A stretch of 64,000 nucleotides of DNA from Guillardia theta CCMP2712 (lineage: Eukaryota; Protista; Cryptophyta): positions 74,790-138,789 of the forward strand of contig NW_005434610.1 of the NCBI RefSeq assembly GCF_000315625.1, read 5' to 3'. Below, piece by piece: positions 56,617-64,000 of the stretch; the first letter of the stretch is position 1; the number at the start of each line of letters is the position of its first letter. The notes under the pieces are model-generated. The model did no database searches, had not been told where the DNA came from, and saw nothing but the letters and a program-made list of their open reading frames with translations. Position numbers and translations under genes: made by a program.

Positions 56617-57239
56617 CCTCCGCCTCCCCCTCTTCCTCTGCTCCTTCTTCTACTTCTGCTTCTCCTCCTCCTCCTACTGCTCCTCCTCCTCCTCCTGCTG
56701 CTTCCCCTCCCCATCCTTGTTCGTCCTCCTCCAGCTTCCCCTCCCACTCCTCCTCCCCTCTCCTCCGCCGCCGCTGCCGCTGCGCCTCCTTCTCCCTTCC
56801 TCCCCGCCCCCTCCCCCTCCTCTCACAACAACTCCCTCATGCTTCTTCTCCCCTCCCCCACCTCCTCCTCCTCCTCCTCCTCTCCTCTTCCTGACTCTTG
56901 GCAGGCTTCTGACGGTCTTCTTGCTTGTATTCGTCGAGACTTCTACCGCGACGGTGAGATGATGATGATGATGATGATGAGGAGGAGGAGGAGGAGGAGA
57001 TGCTCGCGAGGATTGAGAGAAGAAACATGAGGGAATTCCTGTGAGAGGAGGGCAAGGGGGCGGGGAGGAAAGGAGAAGGAGGGACAAAGGAAGCGGAGGC
57101 AGAAGAGAGGAGAGGAAGAGTGGAAGGGGAAACTTGAGGGGGACGGACAAGGATGGGGAGGGGAAGCAGCAAGGGGAGGAGGAGGTGCCTTGGAATGGAA
57201 AGGGGAAGCAGAAGTAGAATGAGGATCGAAGGGGAAGGG

Positions 57240-57290
<51 letters not shown>

Positions 57291-57792
57291 GAGGAGGAGG
57301 AGGAGAGGAGGAGGAGGAGGAGGAGGAATCTCCTTACCACCCGAGCAGTGGAGCGCGAGGCTCGGATTCCGGATGTGCGGGAGAACAAGGAAGAGTGGTA
57401 AGGAGGAGGAGGGAGGTGGGGAGCCTGGAGCTGACGAGAGCAGGTTCGACTACTGGGACTACGACAAGAGCGGAACCCTGGAGCAGGAGGAGATTGTTAG
57501 AGCGCTGATCAAGACATTCCGGCTAAGCGATGACAGGTTGTCCTCGTACTTGCCTCTCCTCCTCCTCCTCCTCTTCCTCTTCCTCCTCCTCTTCCCCCTC
57601 CTCATCCCCCTCCTCCTCCTGCTCCTCCTCCTGCTCCTCCTCCTGCTCCTCCTCCTGCTCCTGCTCTCCCTCAACTGACGTTACCTATACTCTTTCACAG
57701 ATCACGAATCGAACAGATGCGCAGTGTCGTTTCGGCGGTTTGGGGTAAAACATTCAAGCGGGCAGACGAGAAAAATGACTCCTAATCTTCTT

Positions 57793-57839
<47 letters not shown>

Positions 57840-58038
57840 ACTTCTCTTTTGCATACCTTTTCATCCTCCCCTCTTTTTTCGCTGTGCAGGAATATTCGAT
57901 CCGAACAACAGCGGAGGAATCGACAAGGATGAGTTCGTTGCTCGAGATGGACTAGCAGGTAAGGGAGGAGGAAGCTGAGGAGACCATGACAATTCGATAG
58001 ATACAATTGCGGCGTCGATGAACTTAAACTCAACATAA
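53914..58038 (+). CDS. WW-WW-RING-EF-hand protein (putative Ca2+-responsive E3 ligase), multi-exon, spans a gap
   Basis: WW1 EWQSAVDPKT|GRTYYINHRTRQTSW; WW2 LPEGWERRVDPASGRNYYVDHRTKTSHW; RING CVVCFDD..CPHFLH..C..HCPVCR; EF-hands DLSG|EGTLNQRE, DYDKSGTLEQEE, DPNNSGGIDKDE. Confidence 0.8.
56482..56581. other. Assembly gap (~100 N)
   Basis: Run of N. Confidence 0.99.
56582..57288. repeat. Diverged ~270-bp inverted repeat (56582-56852 / 57014-57288) in the introns flanking a 49-nt exon
   Basis: Both arms read (CAT)n...ttctacttctgcttc...cttcccctccccatccttgt...cctctcaca..a.tccctcatg.ttcttctc in opposite orientations. Confidence 0.8.
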
Positions 58039-60673
58039 GATGGTTACATACTTGAAAGATGAACTAGAAACTGCCTTCCTACCTCCTCCTCCTCCTCCTC
58101 CTCCTCCTCCTCCTCCTCCTCCTCCGCCTTCTAGGGAGCGCGGCTCCTCTGTACCCTCCACCACCGTCGCCCCCTCCTTNNNNNNNNNNNNNNNNNNNNN
58201 NNNNNNNNNNNNNNNNNNNNNNNNNNNNNNNNNNNNNNNNNNNNNNNNNNNNNNNNNNNNNNNNNNNNNNNNNNNNNNNAGCTTGATCGATGGCGTATGC
58301 TTGATCTGCAAAGTGACCATGGCTGACACAAACCTCCTCCTGCTACACATCCCCTTCCCGCTCCGCTCCTCCTGCTCCTCCCCTCCGACAAGTCTCAGCA
58401 CGTCCTGCAGGCACCGACAACTCTGGTCGAGGTGGGGGAGGGGCAGATCTCGCTGCATCATCTCCCGCAAAAATTTCTTCCCTTCCTTGCGGCTCAGCGC
58501 TTCCTCCAGCTCATCCACCCGGCACGTGACCGCCTCCTCCCCCTCTCTCTCCTTCACCGCATCGAAGAACGTCGCTGCGACATGGCCCACATGCTCCTCC
58601 GCCACAGCGCAAGTGAATTCTTGCATGCAGCAGGTGGTGATGGAGGAGGAGGAGGAGGAGGAGAATGCAAGTTCCACTGCCTGCTCAGGGAACTGAGACC
58701 ACAGCAGCATCAACTTCGGCATGGCGTCGAGAATTTTTTCCTTCGCCACCTCCTCCTCTCCCGTCAGATACCCAACGTCCTTGCACGCCCGAGACACGAG
58801 CTGCTCAAAGATGTTCTCCCCTTCCTCCTTCCCCTGCAGCTCCGTCGTCACCCGTGGCACCGTCTTCCCGAAGAGCTGCCGCAGCGTCTGCTGCTGCCTC
58901 CTGCTCCTCCTCAGCCACCACCTCTTCCACAGCGGACGACGATGCCGCCATTGCAGGAGGGAGCAATCCGCTCCTCCTGCCGTCAGCAGCCACAGGTCCT
59001 CTCCTGCCCACTCGGCTGCCGTCACCGCTCCTGCATGCCCGGAGAAGGAGCGAGGGTATGCCTCGTACCAGGCCGGCATCGTGCTGGGACCTGAGCCAGG
59101 GACACCGGAGGAGCCGGCGAGGTAGCAGGAGCGGAGGAAGGGGGAGGACGGGACGCCGACGCAGGGGAAGCGGAAGAGCTTGACGGTGAAGCGATCGAGG
59201 AGGGAGGAGGAGAAGACTCCCTTGCTGTCTGCTCGCACAGAGAACGACTTGGTCGCCTCCTCCTCGATGTTGACGGTCGAGCTCCCCAAGCAGCGCCACG
59301 CGAAGGCCTTGAAGCGAGTGACTGCCTGTTCCTTGCCCAGGAAGGGATCCGGGAAGTTGCCGATGCGGATGAAGTCAGGGGCGTAGGCGCAGGCGACCAC
59401 GTCCTCGAGGTAGGAGACGCTGACTTGCTCGATGTGGTGCAGCTTGCTGCGAGGACGCCAGATGGATCGGAGATGCCAGCAGAGCTTGCAGGAGGAGGAG
59501 GACCAGTCGAGCGAGGACAGGCGGCTTGTCTCCTTCACCATGGTTCCTGCAGCAGCATGCCCGTGCTGGAGGAGACGAGAGTTTACAGCCCCCGAGTAGC
59601 GTCCGATCCCCGCAGGCCTGACTCTCAACTTGCCAGCAGGATGGGAGAGGTTCTTGGAAAGTAGCCGCACAATCCCATCCCGCTGCTGCTGGAGGAAGTG
59701 AAGGGTCTGACCTGGGGAGTTCTCGTCCACCAGATGCCAGTATAGGATCTCCCCTCCTGCGTCGTTGCTGCGGAGGAAACGAGAGTCGACCGAGAAGTCT
59801 AGATGAGTGACGCTGGCCGTGTGCCCTCTGCAGACGGCTAGCCATGCCACCACTACCGCATCCTCCCCTGCCGCGTCCTGGATGCTGTAGAGATCGATGA
59901 GGCCCTCGCTGCTGCCCACGGCCATCATGCAGCCCTGAGGATGAGGTGAGGCGGAAGAGAGCGAGGGAGAGAGGGAGAGAGGGGGAGAATGAGGGAAGGG
60001 AGGGAAGGATTGGGGAGATTGGAAGGAAGAAGAGAAGCAGTGGAGCAGACAGTTCGAGCAAGGAAGGAGGAGGAGAGATGCAAGGAAAGAGGAGGAGGAG
60101 AGGGAGAGCAGTGGGAGGAAGAAGGAGAGAACGAGAAAGGGAAGCGAGCAAGAAGACAGCAAGGGACAGAGGAAGTCAGACCGTTGAGGAGAACTTGATA
60201 TCACGCACGTCGCTGCTCCTGTCCTGAATCTCCACCATCAACGACGACAAGTCTTGAGCGTCCAGGATCGAGATCGTTCCCATCCTGTGCCCTACGGCCA
60301 CCCAACGATCTGCCCCGAAGCGCGGCGGCGATACAGCCATACAGGTCGCTCGCCTCCTCCACTGCCGCTGGTCCTTCCCTGTAAACCCAGGGAGGTAGAT
60401 CGAGTCAAGGAGGACGTGCTGGTAGGGGTCCCACTTGCAGAGGGTCCCGTCCTCCCCGCAGGAGAAGAGGACGGAAGTTTGCTCCTCCCTTCTCCTCCAG
60501 AAACTCCGCCCTAGAAGCTGAGCCTCTGCTGGGATCCCCTCCTCCTTCATGAGCTGTGCAGATGTGAGGAGGGAAGAGACGAGGAAGAAGACGAGGACTG
60601 AACCAGGAGGGAAGGGAGGAGGGAGGGAGGAGAGTGAGGGACAAGGTCAAGGTTAAGGACCAAACACACCGAT

Positions 60674-60718
<45 letters not shown>

Positions 60719-63700
60719 AAGGACGAGGACGAGGACAAGGACGAGGACGAGGACAAGGACGAGGACGAGGACAAGGACGAGGACGAGGACGACTTACCTT
60801 GTCAAAGTCACATTGAGCGACATGTTGTGTGATGTGAGGAGATTTCTATGAAAGAGGGTCAGCCGATCTCCATGGGAACTTGAGATGTTTCGGTGATTGA
60901 AGATTCCAAGGATCAGTTGAAAGCAACGGTATGAAAGAAGATGGTAGTAAGCGTGTTGAGGTTTGAGGAAACAAGATTCACAAGAAAGTCAGGAAAAGCT
61001 CGACGAAGGAAACTAAGGAGGAAGAGGAGGAGGAGCAGGAGCAGGAGGAGAACGTCAAAAGCAACGTGCACACTGCAAACAGAGAGAACAAGTCAGGAAA
61101 CAACTCACAGTCAACGCGCGATTCTTGATCGCGAACGCCTCTCTGACCATCTTCCAGTAGTTGGGCCTCTCCCTCATACTCCTCCGTATCCTCTCAACAA
61201 CACAATCGTGCTCGTTGGACGGCACCCGCAACCTCAGGAGCATGTTGTAAGTCACATGCACACCCTCCTCGTCCTCGACCTGCAGGAAACGTCAGGCAAG
61301 CAGGGAAGCAAGCACCTGATCGCCGACCAGGAAGGGCTGGACGTCGTGGAGGACGATGTGGCGAGTGCTGGTGTGCGTGATGGTGGAGATGACTTGCTTC
61401 AACTTAGTTTGCATCCTTGTGTTGAGAGCTCCGCGATACACCAGCACATCACCTGACTGCACACAACAACCAACGACAGATTTCTCTGACTTGTTCTTTC
61501 CTGTCAGTCTCTGCAGCTTGCGAGTGGACGACCTGCCAACTTCTCATCAGCAGTGGAAGTCTTGAAAGCTGCTGACTGACCAGATCGGGTCCCGATCATG
61601 CTGGATGGAGCGAACTTGAACCTGAGGAAGAGGCACCGGGGTCATGACCTTCACGTCTTTCGTCTCCCATCAGCACACCTGGACCAGCCCCGTCTGCTTC
61701 GCATACCTCGCGTTGGGCAGCCTCGCGTCCTGCGGCCAAGGTGTCAAGGAGGTTCCAGCAGCGAGCTGCGAACTCACGTCGAGATCGAACGTGTTCATCT
61801 CCTTGATGACAACACTGGAGCGGGAAGGCAGGTTTCTTTCCTCCATCTTTTCGATCCTTCCTCGCACGTCAAAATCCGCAGAACTCAACATCATGGGCAG
61901 AAGAGCAATCTCACTCACCTGACCTCTGGAGTCTGGAAGGATCTATCCGCAATCATATACTCGAAAGGCTCCACCTGCTCCATCCATCACTCCCTTAGCA
62001 GCGCATGGAAATCAAAAGACCTCCTGACTATCCTGACGGAAGATCGCACTCTTTTCTTCATTCTCCATTTCTCTGAAGTCGTTGACAAGCGGATCAAAGA
62101 TCTTCAACTCCCCATGTGGGTCGGGTCTCATGACAACAACGTTTCCCTTGCATGAGGTTGTAAGGACAAAAGCTTCGCAGATCTGCCGTCATACCTCCAT
62201 CACGCTATCCCTCGCCACTTCTCTCGATTCCATGAAGGGGAAAACCTTCATAACAACCTCTGCGATCTCCTGCCCGCTGCTTCCATCACCAACAACATGC
62301 ACGTGCTCCTATACAACCAGGTCACTCCTTGGGGGCAGGAAGGCACCAGCACCGACCTCTCCGAACATCCTCACACCCAAGTTGAAGTACAAGGAAGCAG
62401 TTGGCAGCGAGGCAACGGCCCTGAGGTACCCAGTATGCCCGTCCACCAAGACTTGCGGCCTCAACTTCCCACTCGCCACCAACGGCTGCATCGGCAGCCT
62501 CACGATCTTGTTGTTCGAGAGCCCCACGAGCAAACTGCCATGACCGTCGTAATCCAGTCGGCTGGCGTACAGGGGGAGCAGGACGTTGGGGTTGAGAGGG
62601 ACAGGGCAGACGTCTACCGCAGACTTGGCAGCGTTCGCCTTCCACCCCCTAGCTACCAGCTGGTCCACGACGTCCGCAAGGTTCGCCTCGAACATCTTCT
62701 CCCATGCAAAGTCTCGCAGCATCTTCTTCCTACTCCCCCGATCGATCGGCTTGCTCGGGTCAACCTTCCACCCACAGATGTGCCCCTCCACGTCCGAGGA
62801 CACCAGCAGCCCCTTGTGGCACCCCATGGACTCTGCGAGAGCATCAGGATGCAAGTAGCTCACGCACTTGACTGCTCTCCCCGCATGCCCCATCCAGTAC
62901 CTCGACCCTCTCCCCGCAGCGATCTTGGCCGACCTGTTTCCTACGAACTCAAGGTTCCAGTCCCCTGCCTCCTCCTTCTGTTGAAAGAAACACAAATGAC
63001 CGTCCGGCCACCCGCAGACCAGGGAGGAGCCGCACGCTGAGTCAGGGTCAGGGACAACCGCTATGCACTCCACCATGCTCTCCTCCATCGGCCGCACTCC
63101 GACCAGCCACCTGACTCCCTCCACATCCTTGGAGAACTGACTGTTCAGCATCGGGTGCTCCCAAACCTTGATCTCCTTGTTGCCGCATGCCGCGAAGCCG
63201 CACACCGTAGGCGCCATGTGGAGGATGGTCGCCTTGCCCACCTGCCCCTTGAAGAGGACGGAAGGAGGGTCGTCTTGCCATCGGTAGCAGGCGAACCTGT
63301 GGAGCTCGTCGTCCCCGATGCACATTATGTATTGCCCGTCCGCGCTGAAGGAGAGAGCAACGATGCGGAATTCACAGAAGCCGGACATGACAGCTTCCGG
63401 CACGCAGGAGGAGGAGGAGGAGGAGGAGAAGACTTTCATGGGAGACCACACGGCGACGGAAGGGTTCATGGAACCATGGGACGAAACCTGTCCCGTAGCA
63501 ACCAGTGTCCTCTGCGCATTTACTGCCATGGAGCAGATCTCCCCGTCATGAAAGATGAAGAATTTCTGCTTCCTCTCTTCGATGTCCATCACCACACCTA
63601 TGGAGGACGTGAAGTATGCTATCTTCATCCCGTCCACCACTCCTCCCTCGTTCGCCACGAAGAAGAGGTTGTTCCTCGACGGCGCCATGCGCGTCTCCGG

Positions 63701-64000
63701 GCTGTGGTCGTTGTGGAGCCATGCGTAGCCGTCGTGCCCGTGGTACCCGTACACCCACTCGAGCTCGAGCTCGTTCTCCGGGGGAGCATGGTGCCCCGGA
63801 CTCTCCCGCCATCTCTCATCAGGGAACACCTGCGTCTTGCAGAAGGTGTACTTCTCTCCCACAGCCGGGTCCTCCTCCTGCTTCTTCTTGTGAGGGAGGA
63901 GATCGTCCTTAGGGAAGGAGGAGAAGGAGAGGCTGCTCTTGAGGCTCGTTGCCCTCTCCCTCGTGCTGACGATCCTCGAGCGAGCTGCTGCTGTCAGCTT
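58030..64000 (-). CDS. EML-like (echinoderm microtubule-associated protein-like) WD40 protein, 5' partial
   Basis: HELP motif ELELEWVYGYHG..RNNLFF..YFTSSIGVV..QKFFIFH; GHTASVTHLDFSVDSRFLRSN; VKLFRFPC; GGADCSLLQW. Confidence 0.88.
58179..58279. other. Assembly gap (~100 N)
   Basis: Run of N. Confidence 0.99.
60675..60793 (+). repeat. (GACGAG)n hexanucleotide repeat, intronic
   Basis: Direct reading. Confidence 0.9.

Noticed and set aside
58030-58038. Overlap of the convergent stop codons of the WW-RING-EF and EML-like genes
   Set aside because: The EML reading frame crosses an N gap of unknown true length, so its stop position is unreliable.

Overview
This is eukaryotic nuclear DNA: gene-dense, with many short (~45-60 nt) GT-AG introns, longer introns filled with CT- or GA-rich tracts, microsatellites and three 100-N scaffold gaps. 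The style suggests a cryptophyte alga such as Guillardia (inference, not verified). Recognisable genes: an LRR protein, a membrane nucleotidyl cyclase with two catalytic domains, exportin-4, a very large RasGAP-like protein with ~15 PDZ domains and a 79-codon CAG run, a TPR protein with 72-bp repeats, an ankyrin-SH3 protein, dynein-2 light intermediate chain, ribosomal protein L39 (absent from the ORF track; recovered by splicing), an ankyrin protein, NFU1, an SGNH/PC-esterase-like secreted protein, a bacterial-type DUF5703/GH95-like glycosidase, a WW-WW-RING-EF-hand protein and an EML-like WD40 protein. The most unusual part is 24.6-31.4 kb. It holds two diverged, divergently oriented P-element-like transposase pseudogenes that share an intron position and carry complementary internal deletions. 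Conserved downstream segments form inverted ends. Between the two copies lie a passenger gene (mitochondrial-like leader, HEPN-like motif) and a Copia RT remnant, and a chimeric duplicated block sits to their left. Exon boundaries were read by eye and gene ends are approximate where stated.
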